Below, in pieces: positions 48,101 to 55,985 of a stretch of 64,000 nt of DNA. Where the stretch lies: contig CAWDWO010000023.1 of the NCBI GenBank assembly GCA_963806035.1, positions 60,521-124,520 on the forward strand, given 5' to 3'. Source of the DNA: Candidatus Krumholzibacteriota bacterium. GTDB taxonomy: Bacteria; Krumholzibacteriota; Krumholzibacteriia; JAJRXK01. Below the pieces are notes generated by a model, which saw nothing but the letters and a program-made list of their open reading frames with translations, was not told the DNA's origin and searched no databases. The translations under genes were made by a program, and so were the position numbers. Within the stretch, counting starts at the first letter, position 1. Each line of letters begins with the position of its first letter.

Positions 48101-49009
48101 GGAGCCGTCGGCCACCAAACCGAACTCGGTGTCGGTCAGAGAATAGTGATCGATCACCCCGGAGACTTGCCCGCTCACTTCGAGGGGTGTGAAGCCAGTC
48201 ACGGTGGCGTTTCCGCTGAGATCGACCACGATGGGGTCGGGCTTCCCCATCAGGTTCAGAATCTCACCCAGGCAGAAGCGGTCCACGTCGACCTTGAGGT
48301 TGGGACCCTCCTCCTTGCTCCAGTCACCGTTGATCTGCACGCGGGTGGAGTCGGTGGCCACCCTGAGATCGGCCACCGTGATCCCCGCCGGGGACACCTC
48401 GGTTCGACCCCACACCGAACGTACCGTGAAGTTCCTCTGCGGCCAGCTTCCACTGAGCGCCCTGGTGTCCACGATGAACTTCTTCTTGCGCGTTCGGACG
48501 CTTCCCCACCACCCCAAGTCCTGGAGGTGATCCTCGCTCCCGTCGCTCTGAATCACACGGAGATCGAGCCCGCGCAAGACCCCCTCTTCCACCGCCAGCC
48601 GGGGTAGCTCGGGAGGGCCGCGCCGGTGCTTTTCTGCCGGCGCGTCAAGATGATGACGCCGGATCATTCCGCGCGCGGAGAGCATGGCCAGGCGGTACAA
48701 ATGCACGCGGCCTTTGAGCAGATCGGAAAGGTCGTAGGAGACCTCGAGAGTGTCCGCTTGCAAGTAGGCGAAACTCCCATCGAGCCCCTGCCAGCTCAGG
48801 TCCACCCCCAGAAGCCGCAGATCGCCCAGCACGTTGCCCTCGAGCGTTTCGTAGCGGAAGGAAGCGCCGGTCTGTCGCAGGAGGTTCTGGGTGATGATGC
48901 GCGAGACGTGCCCGGCGTAGAGCCCGGGATGCGCGGCGAGCCAGGACAACACCGTCACCGCAAGCAACAGCGCCACCAGGAGAGTGATCCGTGTCGTCTT
49001 CACCCACAT
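45146..49009 (-). CDS. tamB: Translocation and assembly module TamB-like protein
   Basis: About 1288 aa; N-terminal TM anchor, long beta-rich repeat body, C-terminal VGKYISPDLYLRY...LEYQMNRRL...DLKYRVEY (DUF490-like); directly after an Omp85 gene. Confidence 0.82.
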   Translation of the reverse strand: MWVKTTRITLLVALLLAVTVLSWLAAHPGLYAGHVSRIITQNLLRQTGASFRYETLEGNVLGDLRLLGVDLSWQGLDGSFAYLQADTLEVSYDLSDLLKGRVHLYRLAMLSARGMIRRHHLDAPAEKHRRGPPELPRLAVEEGVLRGLDLRVIQSDGSEDHLQDLGWWGSVRTRKKKFIVDTRALSGSWPQRNFTVRSVWGRTEVSPAGITVADLRVATDSTRVQINGDWSKEEGPNLKVDVDRFCLGEILNLMGKPDPIVVDLSGNATVTGFTPLEVSGQVSGVIDHYSLTDTEFGLVADGSDLQITRAKGLLFGSPVELRGKVDASTGELALRGQVENLDLSQPWTTTETQWPESKLSGSVDLRVVAKSPVWVDLTAKELRGQIAELAVDSLSGQVHFREDRGTRFDALRVLTNHTWIEGSGTLDSLNVLDLPFSAQASDLAAWRSAYALPWDHSGGMRAQGRFFGPVEAPNLQIEGVLDSLSGFRMSGSEIHARLKVSPWNDLGKVEGQVEAAEFRLGGVRLGRLEGQFQRDYPTITVPHLEVSEGDSVLSLSGKVEQEEGRALLSIDSASFALGPRQWILSEPGKLELGKGWVQSHGLSVRSASGGWTIRGGVDSLGVMDLRVDLMDGDLGLLPHLGIGPPDLEGTLEGHVVLQGKREDPDLTIDVRGKQLTGFGRRVERLRLLTAVHGSQVALDSLQVLSPQGELSLTGSLELLRDDALHWLTQNPERWRELLAPAQPNLVLAFHDMNSRYWMEPQAKDENLGRITAALSIQGTLERPLIQGEGQITNLVSAGGTIVFPTLRSRIESDGMSLRLGHGIILTPDPWLRFNVVLPLRLSAVHAPQWAGSEGAEVELTSDGEVELRRLGPILPMLSEISGKAELLYRARGSMDHPQIEGYLRVHDGIAQLEGSLERLREIEIDAPIENGVMKIRKFTAREGLKGTVNATGEVQFDGLLPDDIQMDIQADRFLFASILHLRALLRTNDLHMSLKRPAPHLARRPYFSGTIDVIKARYTGEFDNRGGGEALGATTAPDWLANLHLRAPRTARVQNRTAELLLDGDGDLVRDLDGLHFYGQVEIPQGRVPIFNNDFEIERGTLDYSRARGLEPSVDIVAKTRVRDFRYEGSSSADLEEITVYLTGTFSNLKTRFESESGYDEERIIRLLAGISEQSGGSALADTGFKAGLNFIERSIAQEIHGIDTLDIETESASISEAQRMRVAVGKYISPDLYLRYSQGVSITERALFLEYQMNRRLRLSSEFGTGLRSGAPTTTFNVDLKYRVEY

Positions 49010-49013
49010 GGTC

Positions 49014-51071
49014 TTAGAACGCGAATCCCAGACTGAAGTGCCAAATGTGTTGCGGGTCGATTTCGGTGGAGCCGTCCTCGCCGACCAGCTTGACCCGCTT
49101 CTGCGGTAGACCGTATTCGAGACGGAGTGGACCAACCGGCGTGTGGTACAAGAAACCGAATCCCACGCCGGTTCGAAAGTCGTAAATGGTCGTGGGACTA
49201 TCGCCTTCAGGATCGGAACTCAGGCGAAAGTCCTTCCACTTCACCTTGGACCAGTCCTCCCAGACGTTTCCTCCGTCGGCAAAGAGGATCAAGCCGAAGC
49301 CCCAGCGGGAGAGCAAAGGGAGGGGCAATCTCAGCTCCGCGTTGAGAACCAGGAGGGCATCTCCCCCAGCGGCCGGGTGATTCAGAAGGAAGCGATCATC
49401 CAGAACCAGCTCCTGGTCCTGTTGGGTGAGCCTGGGGCCCAGACTGTTTTCGCGGTAGCCACGGACGCTGCGCTGGCCCCCGGCGAAGAAGCGGTTTTCC
49501 AAGGGTACACCGAGCACCCCTTTTCCCGCGCTCTTGTCCCAGGGAGTGGCCCATCCGGCCTGCATGCGCAGGGCGAGAACACTTCCATCCTCGTGTCCGA
49601 TGAACCCGGCCCAGGTGGCGACCGCCTTGTGGAAGGAATTGCTGCCGGCGAAGACCGGCCCTCCGGCCGTCTGCCACAGAATCTGCCGCAGACTCCCGTC
49701 AGTCGGCTCGAACAGGCTATTGCGGGTGTCCCGGGTCCACAGCAAGAGCGCCGAGTTCGTGGTGGAGGTCCCGGTTTGAATCTGCGAGGGAATTCCCTCC
49801 GATGCGCCCAGGTCCTTCACCTGCGAAAGCTGCACCTTGCGCACGCGCTCGTGCGAGAGCTCCAATTCGAGACTGCGCGCCCGGTAGCGCCAGAGTGTCG
49901 TGCTCCCCAGCAGACCGAGCTTTTCCACGGCCACGCCCGAAGAACCGCGGCTCTCTCGATCGAAGAAGCCGCTGAGCGTCATGGTGTAGCGGCTTCCGAA
50001 GAGCCGCCGGTGGATGTAGTTGAGCTCTTCCCGATGGTCGAAAACGATCCGCCGGTCGATGTCGAGAATATCCTCCAGCCCCCACAGCAGTCGGACTTTG
50101 GCGTTGAGACCCTTGCCGCTGCGGAAGACGTTGCGATCTCCCCAGGCAGCAGTGAGCCGCACCTGGTTGTTATCACCGGCGCCGACACCGACTTCGTAGT
50201 AACCGCTGCTCCTCTCCACCACGTGGAGCTTCAGCGCGCAGGTGGAGGCCAGAGTATCCAGATCGACCGGAGTGAAGCCTACGTCCCGAAACCAGCCGGT
50301 CTCCAGGAGGTCCGATTCGGTTCGCACGATCTTGTCCAGATCGAAGATGTCCCCCGGAGCAAAACGAAACTCACGGCGAATCAGCTCTCCTTTCACTTCC
50401 TGATTCCCCACCACGTCGATGCGCTCGATGTGATAGGCGGGTCCGGTATCGATGTGAAAGGTGAGCGCGACCTTGCCTGCATTCTCGTCCATGTCGAAGC
50501 GGATCTTGGTGCCGAGGTAACCGCGGGCCAGGTGCGCCGCGCGCAGCGCATAGACATCGCGACCGTAGGCGGACTTCAAGTAGGGCGCCGGGCTCCCTTC
50601 TGGATGCACCAAGCGCTCGTGCAACTTCTCTTCGTCCAGGGGAGAGTTTCCCGTGAAATGAATGGTCGAAATGAGAGTGCGCGGACCTTCCACGATGTCG
50701 ATCACGATCTTGTCGCCATGGCGCGAATCGCGGTCCACCGCGTTTCCGTCCACGGTCACGGAGTGAAATCCCTGCGAGCGATAGAAATTACGGATGGCGT
50801 CCACGCCGAGCAGGAGGAGGTCTTCCGTGTAGTGGGGCGAGCTGAGAAACATGTACCAGTGGGGTTCCCCGAAAGGCAGCAGATCCTTGAGCCGGCCGTC
50901 CTCGAAACTCTCGTTGCCCTCGATATTGATCGAGGCCACGAGCCTCTGCTCGAGACCGTAGTCGAGTTCGTCGTCAGCTCCGGCGATACCGGCCCCCACA
51001 CCCAACAGCAGGAGAGCGAGGATGAGCGAGAAAACGACCGTGCAAAAATGATTTCGACGCGAGGCGTCCAA
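49014..51071 (-). CDS. tamA: Omp85 (TamA/BamA-like) outer membrane protein with about 3 POTRA domains
   Basis: POTRA motifs (INIEGN...FYRSQGF, IHFTGN, IDVVGN...IRRE); barrel with RFFAGGQRSVRGY, NAELR, FADGGNVW, TPVGPLRLEYG and terminal FSLGFAF. Confidence 0.82.
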   Translation of the reverse strand: MDASRRNHFCTVVFSLILALLLLGVGAGIAGADDELDYGLEQRLVASINIEGNESFEDGRLKDLLPFGEPHWYMFLSSPHYTEDLLLLGVDAIRNFYRSQGFHSVTVDGNAVDRDSRHGDKIVIDIVEGPRTLISTIHFTGNSPLDEEKLHERLVHPEGSPAPYLKSAYGRDVYALRAAHLARGYLGTKIRFDMDENAGKVALTFHIDTGPAYHIERIDVVGNQEVKGELIRREFRFAPGDIFDLDKIVRTESDLLETGWFRDVGFTPVDLDTLASTCALKLHVVERSSGYYEVGVGAGDNNQVRLTAAWGDRNVFRSGKGLNAKVRLLWGLEDILDIDRRIVFDHREELNYIHRRLFGSRYTMTLSGFFDRESRGSSGVAVEKLGLLGSTTLWRYRARSLELELSHERVRKVQLSQVKDLGASEGIPSQIQTGTSTTNSALLLWTRDTRNSLFEPTDGSLRQILWQTAGGPVFAGSNSFHKAVATWAGFIGHEDGSVLALRMQAGWATPWDKSAGKGVLGVPLENRFFAGGQRSVRGYRENSLGPRLTQQDQELVLDDRFLLNHPAAGGDALLVLNAELRLPLPLLSRWGFGLILFADGGNVWEDWSKVKWKDFRLSSDPEGDSPTTIYDFRTGVGFGFLYHTPVGPLRLEYGLPQKRVKLVGEDGSTEIDPQHIWHFSLGFAF

Positions 51072-51171
51072 GACCTTCTATTGCTCCTGGGAACCCGAGG
51101 CCCGTGCTGCGGCTAGCTTCTAGCCAAAGTCCTTCCGCTGTTATAGGTTCCAACTGCAGATGAGGACAACC

Positions 51172-51579
51172 ATGAAAGTTCCGCCGTCATACCGGTTTCG
51201 ATTCGCTCTTCTGGCGTGGGCCCTCATCCTGGGTCTTTCGGCGTGCGCCGAGAAGCGGCAAAAAGAGCTCGACCCCGAAGACCGGCCCCTGCTGGAGCAA
51301 CTGCTGCGGCTCTCTGAAATTCGCATTCTCGCCGAACAGTACCCGGACAGCGCCCAGGCCCAACTCGACAGCTTCCTGGCCCATAGCGACACCACCGGCC
51401 TCAGCCAGCGGGTCCATGAACTCTGGAATGAGCCGAGTAGGGGTCAGTTCCTCTTCGAAGCCCTGCAAGATAGCCTTCGCGCCCCGCTGAAGTCGATCCG
51501 CACTTCCCGCGACGAGCGCCCCCCCACGACGCCCAACCCCGAGACAGCCACCCCGAGGACGGCCAAACCGAAACCCTGA
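51172..51579 (+). CDS. Small hypothetical lipoprotein
   Basis: Lipobox LSAC after a hydrophobic stretch; GAGGA RBS; fills the gap between tamA and rseP. Confidence 0.65.
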   Translation: MKVPPSYRFRFALLAWALILGLSACAEKRQKELDPEDRPLLEQLLRLSEIRILAEQYPDSAQAQLDSFLAHSDTTGLSQRVHELWNEPSRGQFLFEALQDSLRAPLKSIRTSRDERPPTTPNPETATPRTAKPKP

Positions 51580-51601
51580 GGATTGCGAGCTCGTCCGGGC
51601 T

Positions 51602-52966
51602 TCAGCTGGCCACTTTGATGACGTCCATGGTGATGACGTAGGCCATGAGCAGGAGGAGCAGGACGAAACCCACCTGGGTGGCCACGGCCTGAATGCGCTC
51701 ATCCGCTCGCCGGCGGGTGATCAACTCGTAGGTGATGAACGCGGCGTGACCCCCATCCAGAACGGGGATCGGCAGCAGGTTCAAGAGGAAGAGATTGACG
51801 CTGAAGAGGGCCAGGAATCCCAGGAGGTAGTCGAAACCCCACTCCACCATCTGGCCGGCGAACTGCGCGATGCGCACCGGTCCGCTCACCGCGTCGCGGG
51901 AGGCACCGCCGGTCACCAGCACTCCGAGGAAGGTGGCGGTCTGATCCACGGTTCTCCAGGTGGCCTGAGCTCCCAGCTTGGAAGCTTCCACGAAACTCAC
52001 CGCACGGCGCTCGCGGTAGGGTTCGTAGTAGATGCGTCCCACGGTCTCGACGTTCTTGTAATCGACCGGCACCTCGGCCGCCTCCGGCACCACCGTTGCG
52101 TGATAGGGCTTCCCGTCCCGGGTCCAGGCGATCTCCAGCGGCACGCCGATGCTTTCATTCACTTTCTTGGCGATTTGATCGTAGTCCTTCATCGGCTCGC
52201 CGTTGATGCTCACGATCAGGTCGCCTCGACGCAGCCCCGCGCGCCACGCCGCTCCATCCTTCTTCACCGTGCCCACGCGCGTGTCGTGGCGGTAGTCCAT
52301 TCCGATGCGCCAGCGCCCGCTCGCCTCATCCTTGACCGGAACGAGTTCAGCCGTCTTGGTTTCGCCCTGACGCTCGTAGCTGATCTTCAAGGGAAGGCGG
52401 TCGGCCTGAGTCTCTTGCACGATCTCGTCCAGCACGCCGTCCCAGGTCTTCACTGCGTGACCCGCCACACTCAGGATCTCATCGCCCTTCTGCAGGCCGG
52501 CCTTGGCCGCGGGACCGTCCGCGACCACTTTGCCCACTTCGGTGACCGGAATCACCGGAACCCCTTCCACCCACACGAGGCCCACCGTCACCACCAAAGC
52601 GAGAAGCAGGTTGGCCACGGGACCCGCGACCACGATCGCCAGCCGCTGCCAGGGAGACTTGCTGGAGAAGTACTGCTCGGGCGGAATCACCGCGCCCTCA
52701 CTGTCGACCTCACCCCCCGTCCCGGCGTCCTGGATCTCCTCCATCGCACCCTCGCCGGCCATCTTGACGTAACCGCCAAAGGGCACCGCGGACAGGGCGT
52801 ACTCGGTTCCGCGCCAGCGCTTGCGAAGGAGCTTGGGACCAAAACCCACGGAGAAGGTCTTCACGTAGACCCCGACCGACTTGGCCACGAGGAAGTGTCC
52901 GCCCTCGTGGATCACGACGACCACTCCGAGAACGAAAACGAAAGCCAGGATCTGCTCGAGATTCAT
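51602..52966 (-). CDS. rseP: RIP metalloprotease RseP
   Basis: HEGGH, FSVGFGP, GGYVKM, AGPVANL, two PDZ domains, NLLPIPVLDGGH. Confidence 0.95.
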   Translation of the reverse strand: MNLEQILAFVFVLGVVVVIHEGGHFLVAKSVGVYVKTFSVGFGPKLLRKRWRGTEYALSAVPFGGYVKMAGEGAMEEIQDAGTGGEVDSEGAVIPPEQYFSSKSPWQRLAIVVAGPVANLLLALVVTVGLVWVEGVPVIPVTEVGKVVADGPAAKAGLQKGDEILSVAGHAVKTWDGVLDEIVQETQADRLPLKISYERQGETKTAELVPVKDEASGRWRIGMDYRHDTRVGTVKKDGAAWRAGLRRGDLIVSINGEPMKDYDQIAKKVNESIGVPLEIAWTRDGKPYHATVVPEAAEVPVDYKNVETVGRIYYEPYRERRAVSFVEASKLGAQATWRTVDQTATFLGVLVTGGASRDAVSGPVRIAQFAGQMVEWGFDYLLGFLALFSVNLFLLNLLPIPVLDGGHAAFITYELITRRRADERIQAVATQVGFVLLLLLMAYVITMDVIKVAS

Positions 52967-53017
52967 GCCACCACCGTGTGCTGTACCTTTCCGGCCGGTC
53001 CGCGCGGGCTCGGGCCG

Positions 53018-54187
53018 TCAGGCTGTGATCCAGGAACGCACCAGGCGGCGCGTCGCGGTGTCTCTTTCCAAAGCTTCGGGTACCGAGCCCGCGGCGGGGC
53101 CGCTCAGGCTCTCTAGCGCCCGCTCGATGAGAGGAGCAATCTCCACAAAGGATAGCTCCCCCCGCAAGAGTCCTGCCACTGCCTCCTCGTTGGCGGCGTT
53201 GAGGACCAGGGGGGCGCAGCCGCCGGCCTCCGCCGCCGCGCGGGCCAGCCCGAGACAGGGATAGCGGCGCGCATCCGGCGCCTCGAAATCCAAACTTCCC
53301 ATGCTCAAGGGATCCAGGGCAGGAAAGTCGCTGGCCCAGTGCTCGCCCCCGCTGAGGGCATACAGGATGGGAAGCCGCATGTCCGGGGTTCCCAGCTGGG
53401 CCAAAAAAGCGCCATCGCGCAACTCGATCATACTGTGGACGATCGACTGGCGGTGCAGGACGACCTGAACGTCTCGTAAAGGTAGACCAAAGAGCAACTT
53501 AGCCTCGATCACTTCGAGGCCTTTGTTCATCATGGTGGCGCTGTCGACAGTGATCTTGGGACCCATGTCCCAGTTGGGATGATCGAGGACTTGCTCCAGG
53601 CTCACATCCTTGAGCTCCTCGGGCGGGGTGTCCCGGAACGGACCGCCGGAGGCGGTGAGCCAGATCCGCCGCAGCTCGGAGGGACCAGCGGCGCGCAGGC
53701 ACTGTGCGATGGCCGAATGTTCGCTGTCCACCGGCCAGAGGGTCGCCTTCCCGCGCCGGGCCGCATCCAGGACGAGTTCTCCCCCCACCACGAGGGCTTC
53801 CTTGTTGGCCAGCGCCACGTCCAGCCCGCGGCGGAGAGCTTCCACCGTGGGCTGCAGGCCCGCTGCTCCCACCAGTCCGTTCACCACGAGGGCATCGGGA
53901 GGGGCTTCGGCGAGAAGCTCGAGGATGCCCGCACCGCCCGCCGCGGCCAGACCTTTCCGCAGATCGGGATTCGCTTGGCTGAAGGCCTCGCGCGCCTTCT
54001 CGTCAGCCAGCGCAAAATGCTGCAAGTTCCGGGTGCGAATGATCGCAGCCAGTTCCTCCCCGCGCGTGTTGGCCGAAGCAGCGACCACCCTGAAGCGCTC
54101 GGGGTAGCGCGGCAGGAGATCCAGGGTGCTCTGACCGATCGAACCGGTCGCACCTAAGAGGACGAGGGGTCGAGGGTGAGTGGCCAT
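53018..54187 (-). CDS. dxr: 1-deoxy-D-xylulose-5-phosphate reductoisomerase
   Basis: LGATGSIG, LANKE, PVDSEHSAI, LTASGGPF, HPNWDMGPKITVDSATMMNKGLE, NAANE. Confidence 0.96.
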   Translation of the reverse strand: MATHPRPLVLLGATGSIGQSTLDLLPRYPERFRVVAASANTRGEELAAIIRTRNLQHFALADEKAREAFSQANPDLRKGLAAAGGAGILELLAEAPPDALVVNGLVGAAGLQPTVEALRRGLDVALANKEALVVGGELVLDAARRGKATLWPVDSEHSAIAQCLRAAGPSELRRIWLTASGGPFRDTPPEELKDVSLEQVLDHPNWDMGPKITVDSATMMNKGLEVIEAKLLFGLPLRDVQVVLHRQSIVHSMIELRDGAFLAQLGTPDMRLPILYALSGGEHWASDFPALDPLSMGSLDFEAPDARRYPCLGLARAAAEAGGCAPLVLNAANEEAVAGLLRGELSFVEIAPLIERALESLSGPAAGSVPEALERDTATRRLVRSWITA

Positions 54188-54191
54188 GGCT

Positions 54192-55058
54192 TCAGATCAC
54201 GAAGAACTTCAAGAAGTAGTAGATCAGGGGTACCGAAAACAGAAGACTGTCGAAGCGGTCCAGCGTGCCGCCGTGTCCGGGAATGAGCGCCGCGGAGTCC
54301 TTCACGTGGGAGTCGCGCTTCATGAGCGACTCGACGAGGTCTCCGGTGACCCCGGCGATGGCGGCCACCACGGCCAGACTCAACGCGGCCGGAAGATCAA
54401 GATAGGGCGCGAAGGTGAAGTGCGCGACCGCGCCGGCCAGCATGCTGAAGAACACTCCGCCGGCCGCTCCTTCCCAGGTCTTCTTGGGGCTCACCCGCGG
54501 CAGAAGCGGATGCCGTCCGATCGAACGACCCACGAAGTAGGCGCCGCTGTCGCACGACCAGGTCAGAAGGACTGCGAGGAACACGAAACTCGCGCCCAAG
54601 TGGTAGTCGAGTCCCCCCAAGAGCGGCAACTCGCGCAGGAGTACGAAGTGGCTGCCGAGCCAGCCCACGTAGAGGACCCCGAAGATGGTCGAGGAGATGT
54701 GCAGGACGGCCTGCTCCACGCTGCGACGGGCCAGGGCGACGGTCATCAGGACCAAGAGCGCCACTGAGAGCAGGAAGTTCAGGTATACCCCGCCGCGGAA
54801 GTAGGCGTACCAGGTCAGCGCCAGGCCGCAAAAGACACCGATCTTGCGCGCGGGATGAAATCCCTTGGTCTCCAGCAGTCCATAGAATTCCCACAGCCCG
54901 GTGAACACCACCACGTCCACCAAGAAGAGAAACTGCAGATCGCCGTGGAGGGTGATGACGAAGGCACAGGGGAGAAAGAGGGCCGCCGCCAATACGCGGA
55001 GCGCGAGTTCGGAGCGGTCCTTGGCCCCCGGGTTCACGCGTGTCTCAGACTGCGCCAA
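54192..55058 (-). CDS. cdsA: Phosphatidate cytidylyltransferase
   Basis: WSCDSGAYFVG, SPKKTWEG, GDLVESLMKR...VKDS..IPGHGG.LDRFDS. Start uncertain (TTG 55058 or GTG 55037). Confidence 0.93.
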   Translation of the reverse strand: MAQSETRVNPGAKDRSELALRVLAAALFLPCAFVITLHGDLQFLFLVDVVVFTGLWEFYGLLETKGFHPARKIGVFCGLALTWYAYFRGGVYLNFLLSVALLVLMTVALARRSVEQAVLHISSTIFGVLYVGWLGSHFVLLRELPLLGGLDYHLGASFVFLAVLLTWSCDSGAYFVGRSIGRHPLLPRVSPKKTWEGAAGGVFFSMLAGAVAHFTFAPYLDLPAALSLAVVAAIAGVTGDLVESLMKRDSHVKDSAALIPGHGGTLDRFDSLLFSVPLIYYFLKFFVI

Positions 55059-55794
55059 AACGCCGGTCCCGCCTCTGGTACGCCGCGATCGCTGCCATGA
55101 GTTCATCGCGACCAAAGTCGGGCCAGAGGGTGTCGGTGACATAGAGTTCGGCGTACGCGAGTTGCCACAGCAAGAAGTTACTCAACCGCATCTCGCCGCT
55201 GGTACGAATCAACAGATCGGGGTCGGGCAGCTCGGGGGCGTAGAGATACTGGCCGAAGAGTTTTTCGTCCAGCTCCTCGGGGCGGCACTTGCCTTCCGCC
55301 ACATCGCGCGCGAAGCCGCGCGCCGCTTCCACGATCTCGCTGCGCGAACCGTAGCTCACCGCCAGATTGAGGATCATGCCCGTGTTTTCTCGTAGATCGA
55401 GCTGGGCCCGCTCCAGAGCGCGGCGCGCCGGCTCGGGAATGGGCCGAAGGTCTCCGGTGGCGATGAGGCGGATGTTGTTCTCGGCGAGCTCGAGGAACTC
55501 GCTACGCAGCACCTCCTCCAGGAAGGACCAGAGCGCCTTCACCTCGTAGCTGGGCCGCTTCCAGTTCTCCACCGAGAAGGTGTAGAGGGTGAGGGCCTCG
55601 ATTCCCAGCTCCGCGCAGCTGCGCGTGACCTCGCGCACCGCGTGGCGGCCGGCCCGATGGCCCGCGATCCGCGGCATGGCGCGTTTACGGGCCCAGCGGC
55701 CGTTGCCATCCATGATCACGGCCACGTGCCGGGGCAGCTTGCTCCGGTCGATGGTCGCGGGAGTCTTGGAGCTCGATTGTAGTCTCGTGGCCAT
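55045..55794 (-). CDS. uppS: Undecaprenyl diphosphate synthase (cis-prenyltransferase)
   Basis: PRHVAVIMDGNGRWA, FSVENWKR, YGSR, PDPDLLIRTSGEMRLSNFLLWQ, RRFG. Confidence 0.96.
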   Translation of the reverse strand: MATRLQSSSKTPATIDRSKLPRHVAVIMDGNGRWARKRAMPRIAGHRAGRHAVREVTRSCAELGIEALTLYTFSVENWKRPSYEVKALWSFLEEVLRSEFLELAENNIRLIATGDLRPIPEPARRALERAQLDLRENTGMILNLAVSYGSRSEIVEAARGFARDVAEGKCRPEELDEKLFGQYLYAPELPDPDLLIRTSGEMRLSNFLLWQLAYAELYVTDTLWPDFGRDELMAAIAAYQRRDRRFGAV

Positions 55795-55985
55795 CAGCGA
55801 ATCGCCCTCTCTCGGCCCAACTATAGCGGAGATTGGCGCTTAGCGCACCGGAAAGCAATAGGGGAAGTCACGGGGCGGCCAGGGGATGCAGCAGGAGACC
55901 CCTGGATACTCGATGCGCTTCTCCCCTACTCTCGGGGCACTGAGACGCTCTTGTCCCGGCGCCTTTCTGCGCGTAGAGTCCTGCG

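Noticed and set aside
45407..51116. Long + strand ORFs (654 aa and 657 aa) opposite tamB and tamA
   Set aside because: Antisense shadows typical of GC-rich codon usage, with no motifs. The same applies to 5590-6948, 22650-24149, 30598-32013, 40569-41867 and 51746-53116.
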